Positions 46,612-55,972 of a stretch of DNA of 64,000 bases are shown in pieces. Source of the stretch: Candidatus Anoxychlamydiales bacterium (GTDB taxonomy: Bacteria; Chlamydiota; Chlamydiia; Chlamydiales; SM23-39). The notes beneath the pieces were generated by a model. The model was not told where the DNA came from. It saw only the letters and a program-made list of their open reading frames with translations, and did not search any database. The position numbers and the translations under genes are program-made. How positions within the stretch are numbered: the stretch's first letter is position 1; each line of letters begins with the position of its first letter. The stretch is from assembly GCA_011065125.1 (NCBI GenBank), contig JAAKFI010000002.1, positions 23 to 64,022 of the forward strand. The letters run 5' to 3'.

Positions 46612-49600
46612 ATGAATAAGGTGAACATTACAAAAAAGATAACAATAGTATTAAATATAATTCTTATAATTTTTTTAATGATTATATTTAAGACTTGGCA
46701 TTTATCTGTCATACAAAGAGAGGATAAGAAAAAATTATCCGATGCTCCCAGAAAAAGATCTATTATAATAAAGCCAAACAGAGGGACTATATATGACAGA
46801 GCTTCAGTGCCTCTTGCTATCAATAGGATAAAATATAATGCAACTATATACTATTCTCATTTAAAACAGATTCCCTCTTTTGCTTATAAAAAAGTTGATG
46901 GGAAAACCATAAAATTACATCCTAGAAATGAGCATATAAAAAAAATATCTTTAATTTTAGCAAAAGAACTTGATCTAGATTCTTTAGAAATAGAAGATTT
47001 AATTCATTCTAAAGCTTCAATTTTTCCAAATGCTCCTTTTATAATAAAAGAAAATATTTCAGAAAAAACTTATTATCGTCTTAGATTTTTACAAAAAGAT
47101 CTTTTAGGAGTAAATGCTGAAATTACAACTCAAAGATTTTATCCCCAACTAGATGCATCATCATCTTTAATTGGGTATATGGGTAAAATCAACACAAATG
47201 AATATTATAAGATCGCTAGTGAAATTAAAACTTTAAAAAGTTTTTTAGAAAAATATGAAAATTTTGAAGAAGTAAGTTTAGAAGCATATAATACAATTGA
47301 AGAGGTTGAAAATAGATTAAAACATTTAACAGATCTCTCATATTCAATTAATGATTATATCGGAAAAACCGGCTTGGAGAAGTCTTTTGAAGAAACTTTA
47401 AAAGGGTTTCATTCAAAAAAGAATTATATAGTTGATATTCAAGGAAATTTTTTAAAGGAACTACCAGGATATGAAAAGCCCAAACCTGGCAAACAAATAA
47501 ATTTAACAATCTCCTCTGAACTTCAAAAATATGCAGAACAGCTGCTTGCTGAAGATGAAAAAATAAGAGATGACGCTTCCAAAAAATATGATATTAAAAA
47601 TAAAAAGTTAGTTGAACTCAAAACATCTTGGATTAAGGGCGGATCAATAATTGCAATAGATCCAAATACTTTCGAAGTTATTGCAATGGCGACTTTTCCA
47701 ATTTTCAATCCAAATGATTTCATATTAGATATGAATAATATCGATAAAAATAAAAAAGATAATATAAACAAATATTTAGAAACTAATTTACATATCAAAA
47801 ATATTTTTGATGGCAAAAAAAAATTAGAGCGAAAAATTTATTTTAAGGAATACATAACTGAAGAAAAAGAACTTAGTTTAGATGTTTTTTTAAATACTAT
47901 TTTAGAAAAAAACAGTCCAATATTGCCAGCTATTGATAAAATTAATACGATAAAAAATGCAATTGAAATTCAAGAAGCCATAGATTTTCTACTATATATA
48001 ACAAAATCTAATGCTTCAAATTTGATAGATTTTATCTTTGATAGTAGTTCAAATATTTTAATAAATAAAAATCAAGACCTTGTACAAAACGATGAAATTA
48101 AATCTTTATTAAATTTAGATAAGGATTATGTAAATTCATTAATTTATATCCTAAAAAAACATCTTTCTTCTATCCCTGATAACAGAGATAAGCTTTTTAC
48201 AATTGATATTTTAAAAGTTTTAGTTTTTAGCCCCGCTTTTTCTAATGAATTGATTGATGAATTTAAATTTCTAAATCTATCAACATATTTAAAACTTTCA
48301 AAAGCCTCATTGAAAGTAACTAATTATTTGAAAAATAAAATAAAACCTATTTTCCATGAGCTTACTTTCTTGCCTTTTAGAGAAAAAAAATTAAAAGACT
48401 TCTTAAAAGAAAAAAGAAAGATTGAAAAAGAAAAGAAAATGTTTCCAAGACCTTACATTGATTATTTAAAAAAAGAAGAAAATAAACAATTTGATGAGTT
48501 TTGGCAAAAGCATCATTTGCTTTTTTTAACCTGTTTTTTAAAAAATGATAAATTATTTGCTTTTGATGATTTAGAACCTTATTTAGATAAAATACTTCAA
48601 GAAAAAGAAAATATCGATGAAATCTTACTAGATGATTATCAACTTTTATCTTTTCATTTAAAAAATTTAAATTTTGATTTAACTTGTAATTTTTTTAAAA
48701 CTATTAGATCTTTTGATGATCTAGATAGACCTTTACTTTATAATTATCCAAGGCTTAGAAAAAGTAAAAACATTAAACTTGAAAAAGATTTAGCTGCATC
48801 TTTTTACCCCATAAATGGGTATGGTTTTTCAAAATCTTACGCTCTCTTTTCAAATGCTGCTATTGGATCGATTTTTAAACTTGTACCTTCATATTGCGCT
48901 TTAAAAGAGAGATATATGTATTTAAAAGAAAACAATCTTTCTTTGAATTATTTAAATCCTTTAACAATTATCGATGATATTTACTATGATTCTAATAAAA
49001 AATCTAAAGGGCTCGCTGTCGCTAAAAGTTTATCGAATATTCCTTATTATAGAAGATATAAAGGCGGTAGGCTACCTAAAAGCGCCCATCCTCAAATTGG
49101 CAAAATTGATTTAATACATGCTTTAGAAAAATCATCAAACCCTTATTTTTCAATACTTAGCTCAGATCATATTACTGATACAAGAGACTTACTTAAAGCA
49201 GCGAAAGATTTTTCAATAGGAAAAAAAACAAATATTGACCTTCCCTATGAATCTGCTGGGAATCTACCTGAAGATATTTTATTTGATAAAACATCACTTT
49301 ATTCATTTGCTATAGGACAGCACTCATTAATTATATCCCCCCTTCAAACAGCTGTTATGTTATCTTCTATTGCAAATGGTGGATATGTTTATAAACCAAA
49401 ATTAATAAAAGATGAAAAATCTCTTTTAATAAATAAGATATTTATGCCTTCTGAAATTAGAAATATTATCCTTGAAGGAATGGATCTTGTAGTATCATCT
49501 GACAAAGGAAGCGCAAGACCAAACGCTATTAAAAAATTTATCTCAAAACCTAAAGAAATTAGTGAATATAAAGCTATGTTTCATCAATTTGTTGGAAAAA

Positions 49601-49860
49601 CATCAACCGCTGAATTTATGAGTAATTTAAGTTTTAATCCCTCTTCTAAAGCAATAAAATATAAAAATATTTGGTTTGGAGCTATATCCTTTGAAGATCC
49701 TGGATATGAAGTTACAGACTATAATAAAAAATCGGTTTGGAAAAAACCTGAACTTGTAGTAGTAGTTGTCTTAAATTATGGAGATAATGGTAAAGAAGCT
49801 GCACCTTTAGCATATAAAATTGTAAAAAAATATAGAGAACTAAAAGAAAAATTAAATTAA
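46612..49860 (+). CDS. pbp2: Penicillin-binding protein 2-type transpeptidase with a large internal insertion (chlamydial PBP2-like, 1082 aa)
   Basis: N-terminal TM plus PBP dimerisation-domain start (RGTIYDRASVPLAIN). GGSIIAIDPNTFEVIAMATFPIFNPNDF at residues ~343-370. The active-site SxxK (SIFK) appears only at ~753-756, SxN (SSN) at ~841-843 and K(T/S)G-like KTS at ~995-997. Confidence 0.9.
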   Translation: MNKVNITKKITIVLNIILIIFLMIIFKTWHLSVIQREDKKKLSDAPRKRSIIIKPNRGTIYDRASVPLAINRIKYNATIYYSHLKQIPSFAYKKVDGKTIKLHPRNEHIKKISLILAKELDLDSLEIEDLIHSKASIFPNAPFIIKENISEKTYYRLRFLQKDLLGVNAEITTQRFYPQLDASSSLIGYMGKINTNEYYKIASEIKTLKSFLEKYENFEEVSLEAYNTIEEVENRLKHLTDLSYSINDYIGKTGLEKSFEETLKGFHSKKNYIVDIQGNFLKELPGYEKPKPGKQINLTISSELQKYAEQLLAEDEKIRDDASKKYDIKNKKLVELKTSWIKGGSIIAIDPNTFEVIAMATFPIFNPNDFILDMNNIDKNKKDNINKYLETNLHIKNIFDGKKKLERKIYFKEYITEEKELSLDVFLNTILEKNSPILPAIDKINTIKNAIEIQEAIDFLLYITKSNASNLIDFIFDSSSNILINKNQDLVQNDEIKSLLNLDKDYVNSLIYILKKHLSSIPDNRDKLFTIDILKVLVFSPAFSNELIDEFKFLNLSTYLKLSKASLKVTNYLKNKIKPIFHELTFLPFREKKLKDFLKEKRKIEKEKKMFPRPYIDYLKKEENKQFDEFWQKHHLLFLTCFLKNDKLFAFDDLEPYLDKILQEKENIDEILLDDYQLLSFHLKNLNFDLTCNFFKTIRSFDDLDRPLLYNYPRLRKSKNIKLEKDLAASFYPINGYGFSKSYALFSNAAIGSIFKLVPSYCALKERYMYLKENNLSLNYLNPLTIIDDIYYDSNKKSKGLAVAKSLSNIPYYRRYKGGRLPKSAHPQIGKIDLIHALEKSSNPYFSILSSDHITDTRDLLKAAKDFSIGKKTNIDLPYESAGNLPEDILFDKTSLYSFAIGQHSLIISPLQTAVMLSSIANGGYVYKPKLIKDEKSLLINKIFMPSEIRNIILEGMDLVVSSDKGSARPNAIKKFISKPKEISEYKAMFHQFVGKTSTAEFMSNLSFNPSSKAIKYKNIWFGAISFEDPGYEVTDYNKKSVWKKPELVVVVVLNYGDNGKEAAPLAYKIVKKYRELKEKLN

Positions 49861-49879
49861 AAATTTATTGTCCTTTTTA

Positions 49880-50080
49880 TTATAGAAATCTATAGCCTGC
49901 ACATTTTTCTAATTTTTTATAGTATTTTATTCTTAAATTATCCCCACTAGATTTATTTCGCTCTTCTAAAGTCTTTCGGCCAACTTGATCGATTTTATCC
50001 TTCACCATACCTGAATCACCTAAACGTTCCTTTTCTTTTGATCTTAACTTTGGTGAAATTGCTAAAATACTTAATGCCAT
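49880..50080 (-). CDS. Possible small hypothetical protein (66 aa, basic)
   Basis: The only ORF in a 330-bp gap, locally GC-richer than its flanks, with a weak purine-rich stretch upstream. No family recognised; it could be spurious. Confidence 0.3.
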   Translation of the reverse strand: MALSILAISPKLRSKEKERLGDSGMVKDKIDQVGRKTLEERNKSSGDNLRIKYYKKLEKCAGYRFL

Positions 50081-50189
50081 AAAAAACTCTTCTTCTTTGT
50101 TTTAATTGAATTAATTAAATCACAAGACAATAATAAAAATAAACTAATAAATAAAACAATCTAATTATAAAATAATTAAAATTTTAATT

Positions 50190-51179
50190 TTACAGATTTA
50201 CTTTCAAATCATTTTCTTTAGATAATAAAGAATCAAAATACTCTATAGTCTTAAAAAGACCTTCTTCAAGATGAACTTTAGGTTCCCAGTTTAATAATTT
50301 TTTAGCTTTAGATATATCCGGCTTTCTTTGTTTAGGATCATCTTGAGGTAAATCTTTAAAAATTATTTTTGATTTAGAAGAAGTTAACTTCATAATTAGA
50401 TTTGCAAGTTCAATAATTGTAAATTCTATAGGATTTCCAAGATTAATTGGTCCTGTAATAGAATCGTTTGAATCCATTAACTTTCTAAAACCATCTATTA
50501 AATCATCCACATAGCAAAATGATCTTGTTTGCTTGCCTTGACCATATACGGTAATATCTTCGTTTTTTAAAGCTTGGACTATAAAATTAGATACTACCCT
50601 TCCATCTTGTGGGTGCATTCTAGGTCCATACGTATTGAATATCCTACATACTTTTATAAAAACGTTATATTGCCTGTGATAATCAAAGAAAAGAGTTTCT
50701 GCGCATCTTTTAGATTCATCATAACATGCTCTTATTCCAATTGGGTTTACATTACCAAAATACTCTTCTTTTTGTGGATGAACAAATGGATCTCCATATA
50801 CTTCTGATGTTGATGCTTGAAATATTTTAGCATTTAATCTTTTTGCAAGCCCTAACACATTAATAGCTCCATGAACTGATGTCTTAACTGTTTGAACTGG
50901 ATCTTCTTGATAATGTATAGGAGATGCTGGACATGCTAAATTATAAATCTCATCTACTTCTAAATACATTGGAAAACATACATCGTGCCTTAAAACTTCA
51001 AAATATGGATTTTTGGTTAAATGGAAAATATTTTGTTTACTTCCTGTATAAAAATTATCTAAACAAATAACTTCGCAGTTTTCATTTAAAAGTTTCTCAC
51101 ATAAATGAGATCCTAAAAAACCACCTCCGCCTGTAACTAGAACTTTTTTTCTCTCGTTTTCAAATTTATTTTTTCTCAT
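50190..51179 (-). CDS. uxs: UDP-glucuronate decarboxylase (UDP-xylose synthase type extended SDR)
   Basis: [50 protein letters not shown] (YxxxK), [10 protein letters not shown]....[11 protein letters not shown] and [10 protein letters not shown] are highly characteristic of UXS/ArnA-decarboxylase-like enzymes. Confidence 0.88.
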   Translation of the reverse strand: MRKNKFENERKKVLVTGGGGFLGSHLCEKLLNENCEVICLDNFYTGSKQNIFHLTKNPYFEVLRHDVCFPMYLEVDEIYNLACPASPIHYQEDPVQTVKTSVHGAINVLGLAKRLNAKIFQASTSEVYGDPFVHPQKEEYFGNVNPIGIRACYDESKRCAETLFFDYHRQYNVFIKVCRIFNTYGPRMHPQDGRVVSNFIVQALKNEDITVYGQGKQTRSFCYVDDLIDGFRKLMDSNDSITGPINLGNPIEFTIIELANLIMKLTSSKSKIIFKDLPQDDPKQRKPDISKAKKLLNWEPKVHLEEGLFKTIEYFDSLLSKENDLKVNL

Positions 51180-51957
51180 AATCTAAAAAACCAACATTTT
51201 CAAAGTTTTTAATCTCAATCCTTTTCAAATCTTCATATGTTTCATTTTTATAAGAAATAATTACTTTATTTGAAAATTTAAAAAAAGCTTTAGCTTCACT
51301 TTTATTTATGTCTAAATTTGTATAAAAAATGATGTTATCATATTTTTCTTTTAAATGATTAATAATCTCCATGAAAGTTTTAGAATATAGAATTTCAAAA
51401 CAATCCTCTACTTTTTTTCCAAGATATAAATAATCAAAATAATCTAACTTTTTAATAGCTGTTTTTTTTATGCTTTTATCTATCATATGTAACAGAGAAA
51501 TATCAGAGGATTTTGTTGTGTCTATTAAAAGCACTTTTCTTTGAGAAAATGAAAGCAATTTTGATAAAGCAAATGAATAATTTTTAGAATATGAAGATAT
51601 TAATGAAGTTACTTTAGAATCTTTCATAAAAGAAATTACATTTCTTAGAGAATTTTTTGTGTTTTTAGAAATGTTATCCATTTCTTCAATATCTTTTTCT
51701 ATTATTCCTAGATATTTTAAATTTTGAGATAAAAGAGTATTTTTAGAAATTGGAAATCCTATTAAAATAGTTTTATATAAAAAAACTACAAAAGAGAGGA
51801 AAAAAACTAATATAAAAGCAATAAAACTATATAAGAAAAGTTTTGGTTTATCTGGAGCTAATGAAACATATGATCTATCTATTATTTTTGAATCTATAAT
51901 AGATAAATTATGATCTACTATTTTAGATTCTATCAAGCTTGATATAGAATCTAACAT
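51166..51957 (-). CDS. C-terminal fragment of a Wzc-like polysaccharide co-polymerase (TM2 + degenerate BY-kinase-like domain); same frame as 52396..53892, so possibly a pseudogene
   Basis: [26 protein letters not shown] is the Pro-rich motif plus TM2 of the Wzz/PCP fold. It is followed by a P-loop-ATPase-like domain in which Walker A (SSYSKNYS vs GxxxxGKT), Walker A' (VLLIDTTKS) and Walker B (NIIFYTNL) are all degenerate. There is no C-terminal Tyr cluster. Confidence 0.7.
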   Translation of the reverse strand: MLDSISSLIESKIVDHNLSIIDSKIIDRSYVSLAPDKPKLFLYSFIAFILVFFLSFVVFLYKTILIGFPISKNTLLSQNLKYLGIIEKDIEEMDNISKNTKNSLRNVISFMKDSKVTSLISSYSKNYSFALSKLLSFSQRKVLLIDTTKSSDISLLHMIDKSIKKTAIKKLDYFDYLYLGKKVEDCFEILYSKTFMEIINHLKEKYDNIIFYTNLDINKSEAKAFFKFSNKVIISYKNETYEDLKRIEIKNFENVGFLDYEKK

Positions 51958-52395
51958 TTTAAGAGTAAGATCTTTTTTAATTATTAATTTTTTATCTAAG
52001 CTAATTTTTTTAGTAACATCTAAAGTATGCTTTTTTAAAATATCTAACTTATTTAAAACTTTTAGTTTTTCTTCTTTTAAAATATTTAGATTATTTTTAA
52101 TAAATTCTTTTTTATCTTTTTCTAAAAAAACTATGTTTTTGTTAATAGCATCAATTTTTAAATTATTTATTTCGTTGAGTTTAGATTTTGTAATGCTAAG
52201 TTCAATTTGCTTTATTTCAAATAAATCATTTAAGTGATTAAAAAAATATTTCTTTTCTATTCCAAGCTCAATTTCAGATTTTTTTCTCTCCGATATCAGA
52301 TAGTTTTTTTCATCAAAAATAATTGAATCTAAATTTTTTATTTTTTTTATAAATGATAAACTAATTTCATCCTTTAACTTTGAGAAAAATATACT

Positions 52396-53892
52396 TTAAG
52401 TTTTTCCATTAGCTAAATTTTTTATTATGAAATTTAAATGTTCTAAATCTAAATTTATCTTATCTTTTTTAGAACTCAAATCTAAATATTTTTTTTGTAA
52501 AATATCTAAATCTAACACCTCTATGTTTTTAATAGAATTTAGGTTATTTAAAATGCCTTTAAAAAGGTGTAAATCTTTTTGTCTTTGAATTAGATGTTTT
52601 TCAAATTCTTTTTTTTGAGGGTTTGTGTCTATTAAAACATTGTATTTAGAAAAAATTGAATTTTTAAAAATTGAATTTTTAAAATTTTTTAAAATAAATT
52701 CATTTTGATCTAATTCGTCTTGAATATTTTTTAATTTTTTAATTTTTTTGTTTATTGATTTTTGATCTAACATATTTAAATTAAAAAATGAAATTTGATC
52801 TTTTCGGTTATTAAGATCACAAATTTTTTGAGTTATTTCTTTAATCTTTGGATGAATCCTATCATTTGTAAATTTAGAATCTATTTGATCTTCTAAACAA
52901 ATAATATTTTTATCAATTTCTTCTAACTCTTTAAAAAATATTTTTTTTGTATTTAATAAAGCACTAATTTCAGTATCAAGGCCTGTTTCATAACTGTTTT
53001 TTGTAAGTTCTATTAAATAATCTTCATATTCTTTTAATGCTAAATTCAACTCCGTTAATAAATTTTCTTTTTTTTCTTTTAAAAAATTTAATTGCTCATT
53101 ATTAATTTCATCGTTTTCTTTTTTTAAAATATCAATATATGTTTGCATTAAAGTATCTAGCAATAGTAAAGATATTTTTTTATCCCTGCTTGGATAAGAA
53201 AGATTTAACAAATTAGTATTGTCTTTAGAAGAAATGATCTTTAATTTAGAAATTACATGTTTTGTAATATCAATCCATGGACTTATTTTTATTTTATATT
53301 CTTGATTAAGTTTTAAATTTTTTACAGGTTCTACTAGAGAAAATTCTAAATCTTTTATTTTTATTTTTTCTTGAATATTAGATTTTGTTAAAAAAAAATG
53401 ATTTTCATCTAAAACTTCAAAGCAATCCTTTGATAAAAACCTTAGATAGATAAAAGTAGGTTTTGTCTTTTCATATTTAGCATCTTGAAAATAAAAAAAC
53501 CTTGGAGTTTTTAATTCTTTATTAAGCTCTGCTCTGTAATTTAAAATAAAATTCTTTTTGTATTTATCTATAAATTTATCTTCTTTTACCTCTTCTATTT
53601 GCAAAGCTAATTTTTCAACTACTTGTTTAATTATTTTTTGTGTTTTAAAAAAAGAAGCAGCCTTATTAGATGAATTGGAAGAATTATTAAAAATAATACT
53701 CTCAAGGCCTTTTGAAACTCCTTTTTTTAAACTCCCATCTTGAAAAAGAGCATATGATGTATATTTTAGATCAAATTTTGCAAAAAATAAAAATACAAAT
53801 ATAAAAGCTATAAATGAACTAAAAAAAATAATATTTTTTTTTCTTTTAAAAAGATCCACCATATCTGATAGGCAAAAAAAACTTTCATTCAT
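52396..53892 (-). CDS. N-terminal fragment of a Wzc-like polysaccharide co-polymerase (TM1 + Wzz-type periplasmic coiled-coil domain)
   Basis: The N-terminal DLFKRKKNIIFFSSFIAFIFVFLFFAKF (TM1) is followed by a long helical/coiled-coil region. It is coupled (8-nt overlap) to the upstream wza-like gene and ends at a TAA that is in frame with the next ORF. Confidence 0.7.
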   Translation of the reverse strand: MNESFFCLSDMVDLFKRKKNIIFFSSFIAFIFVFLFFAKFDLKYTSYALFQDGSLKKGVSKGLESIIFNNSSNSSNKAASFFKTQKIIKQVVEKLALQIEEVKEDKFIDKYKKNFILNYRAELNKELKTPRFFYFQDAKYEKTKPTFIYLRFLSKDCFEVLDENHFFLTKSNIQEKIKIKDLEFSLVEPVKNLKLNQEYKIKISPWIDITKHVISKLKIISSKDNTNLLNLSYPSRDKKISLLLLDTLMQTYIDILKKENDEINNEQLNFLKEKKENLLTELNLALKEYEDYLIELTKNSYETGLDTEISALLNTKKIFFKELEEIDKNIICLEDQIDSKFTNDRIHPKIKEITQKICDLNNRKDQISFFNLNMLDQKSINKKIKKLKNIQDELDQNEFILKNFKNSIFKNSIFSKYNVLIDTNPQKKEFEKHLIQRQKDLHLFKGILNNLNSIKNIEVLDLDILQKKYLDLSSKKDKINLDLEHLNFIIKNLANGKT

Positions 53893-54949
53893 TGATAAAA
53901 AGACCTAAATTTTTAAAACCTTGAACAGCAGAATTTACTATTCCTACAGTTGGCAACATTTGAGATACAAATTTATTCCAGTTTGCAATTGGATTTGTTG
54001 ATACATAAACAATATCACCTGGCATTAAAAGAAGTGCGTCATCTCTTAAATATAAAATATGCTTAAATGAAATAAGATATATCTTTGGGTTTACTATGCT
54101 TCCTCTAATTACTTGAATATTTAAACTATCCGCATTAGAGGTTATCCCTCCAGCTTTGGCTATTGCTTCTTTTATTGGCATAAATCCATTTGTAGCATTT
54201 ATCACATTAGGATTTTTTACCTCGCCTAATATAGCTATATTTGAAGTGTCAGATGCAATGTATACTTTATCTCCACTTTTCAAAACTATATTGTAAGACA
54301 TATCCCCCTCTTTCAAGAGTTTGTAAAAATCCACGTTTAAAAATTTTTTATCTCTTATAATATAACTTTTAAAAAGGTTGGCATGTATAGGCAGTTTTGC
54401 ATCAGATAAAAGATCGAATAATCTTTTTTTCCCATCTACGTCATATGTTGAAATAGAACTGAGTCCTGCTATTTTAACAATTTGTGTATTCCTCGTTTTA
54501 TAGGAAGTAAAAACTTTAACATCTTCAAGCTCTTGTTTTATTCTGTTTTCTATTTTTTTATTTGCTTGATCTAAAGTTAAATTTTTAACATCAATAGAAT
54601 CTATATTGGGAATATCAATTTTATAACCTTTTACTATAAAGCCATTTAAATTTGATATTTTTAAAAAAAAGTCTTCTAAATCTTTTCTTTTTGGATGATA
54701 GATAAATATATTTAATACATCCAGATTTTCTATATAATTTTCTCTTGTTTTTAGCAGCGTAGGATCTAAACTTGCGATTTCAAATCCTTGCATTTCTAAA
54801 ATTGCACTTTTCCCTTCTTTGATCTTGTAAGAATCCATCACAAGTTCATCACAACCAACTTTATCTGGACAAGATACTTTGCTTGCACAACTTGCAAAAA
54901 TTAATAATAATAAAATTAAAATATTTTTTTTAATTTTTAGGAAAAACAT
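53885..54949 (-). CDS. wza: Outer-membrane polysaccharide export lipoprotein (Wza/OPX family: Poly_export + SLBB domains)
   Basis: Lipobox IFASC. DVLNIFIYHP..., KGYKIDIPNIDSIDVKNLTLDQANKKIE, VKIAGLSSISTYDV, GDKVYI, ILGEVKNPNV...PIKEAIAKAGGITSNAD...IRG and PGDIVYV follow the OPX domain pattern. Confidence 0.8.
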   Translation of the reverse strand: MFFLKIKKNILILLLLIFASCASKVSCPDKVGCDELVMDSYKIKEGKSAILEMQGFEIASLDPTLLKTRENYIENLDVLNIFIYHPKRKDLEDFFLKISNLNGFIVKGYKIDIPNIDSIDVKNLTLDQANKKIENRIKQELEDVKVFTSYKTRNTQIVKIAGLSSISTYDVDGKKRLFDLLSDAKLPIHANLFKSYIIRDKKFLNVDFYKLLKEGDMSYNIVLKSGDKVYIASDTSNIAILGEVKNPNVINATNGFMPIKEAIAKAGGITSNADSLNIQVIRGSIVNPKIYLISFKHILYLRDDALLLMPGDIVYVSTNPIANWNKFVSQMLPTVGIVNSAVQGFKNLGLFINE

Positions 54950-55020
54950 ATAATTTTAAACTTAATTATTTTAAAATAGATAAAATCTTATAACATATAA
55001 TTTTAAAAAACAAAAAAAAT

Positions 55021-55968
55021 ATGAAAAGAATATTTATTACCGGAATAGCAGGCTTTATTGGTTTTCATTTAGCAAAATATTTAAAAAGCAAAAATATTGA
55101 AGTAATAGGAATTGATAATTTTAATGACTACTATGATGTGAATTTAAAAAAATTAAGAAAAAATATTTTAGAAAAAGAAAATATCAAAGTAATTAAATTA
55201 GACATAAATGAAAAAAATGAATTAGAAAAACTCCTTAAAGAAAATAAAATTACCCATTTTGTAAATTTAGCCGCTCAAGCAGGTGTTAGATATTCAATAG
55301 AAAATCCCTATGCTTATTTAAGATCAAATATTGATGGCTTCGTTAGCGTTCTTGAAGTATTAAAAGACAAAGATATTAAACTTATTTTCGCTTCTTCTTC
55401 TTCTGTGTATGGAGATAATAAAAAAACTCCTTTTTCTACCCTTGATAGAACAGATACTCCAACTAATTTATATGGCGCTACAAAAAAAGCAAATGAATCC
55501 TTAGCCTACGCTTATAATTCAATGTATAACACTCCTATGATAGGACTTAGATTTTTTACAGTTTATGGTCCTTATGGCAGACCTGATATGGCATATTATA
55601 GCTTTACTAAAGATATATTAGAGAAAAAACCAATTAAGATATTTAACAACGGGAATATGCAAAGAGATTTTACATATATTGATGATATTATATCTGGAAT
55701 ATATTCATCTCTAGATTATGAAACCTCTTTTGAAATTTTCAATTTAGGAAATAATAAACCTATAAATTTACTTACTTTCATATCTATTATTGAAAAAAGA
55801 TTAAATATAAAAGCTATAAAAGAGTTTATGCCCTTTCAAAAAGGAGAGATGTTAACTACCTTTGCAGATATTGAAAATTCTAAAAATAAGCTTAACTTTA
55901 ATCCTAAAACCTCAATTGAAAAGGGAATAGATACTTTTATTTCTTGGTATGAACAAGAAATGGTTTGA
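55021..55968 (+). CDS. UDP-glucuronate 4-epimerase (extended SDR, GAE/Cap1J-like)
   Basis: IFITGIAGFIGFHLAKYL, LAAQAGVRYSIENPYAY..SNI.GF, SSSSVYG, YGATKKANE (YxxxK) and GLRFFTVYGPYGRPDMAYY, the GAE signature. Confidence 0.85.
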   Translation: MKRIFITGIAGFIGFHLAKYLKSKNIEVIGIDNFNDYYDVNLKKLRKNILEKENIKVIKLDINEKNELEKLLKENKITHFVNLAAQAGVRYSIENPYAYLRSNIDGFVSVLEVLKDKDIKLIFASSSSVYGDNKKTPFSTLDRTDTPTNLYGATKKANESLAYAYNSMYNTPMIGLRFFTVYGPYGRPDMAYYSFTKDILEKKPIKIFNNGNMQRDFTYIDDIISGIYSSLDYETSFEIFNLGNNKPINLLTFISIIEKRLNIKAIKEFMPFQKGEMLTTFADIENSKNKLNFNPKTSIEKGIDTFISWYEQEMV

Positions 55969-55972
55969 TCTT

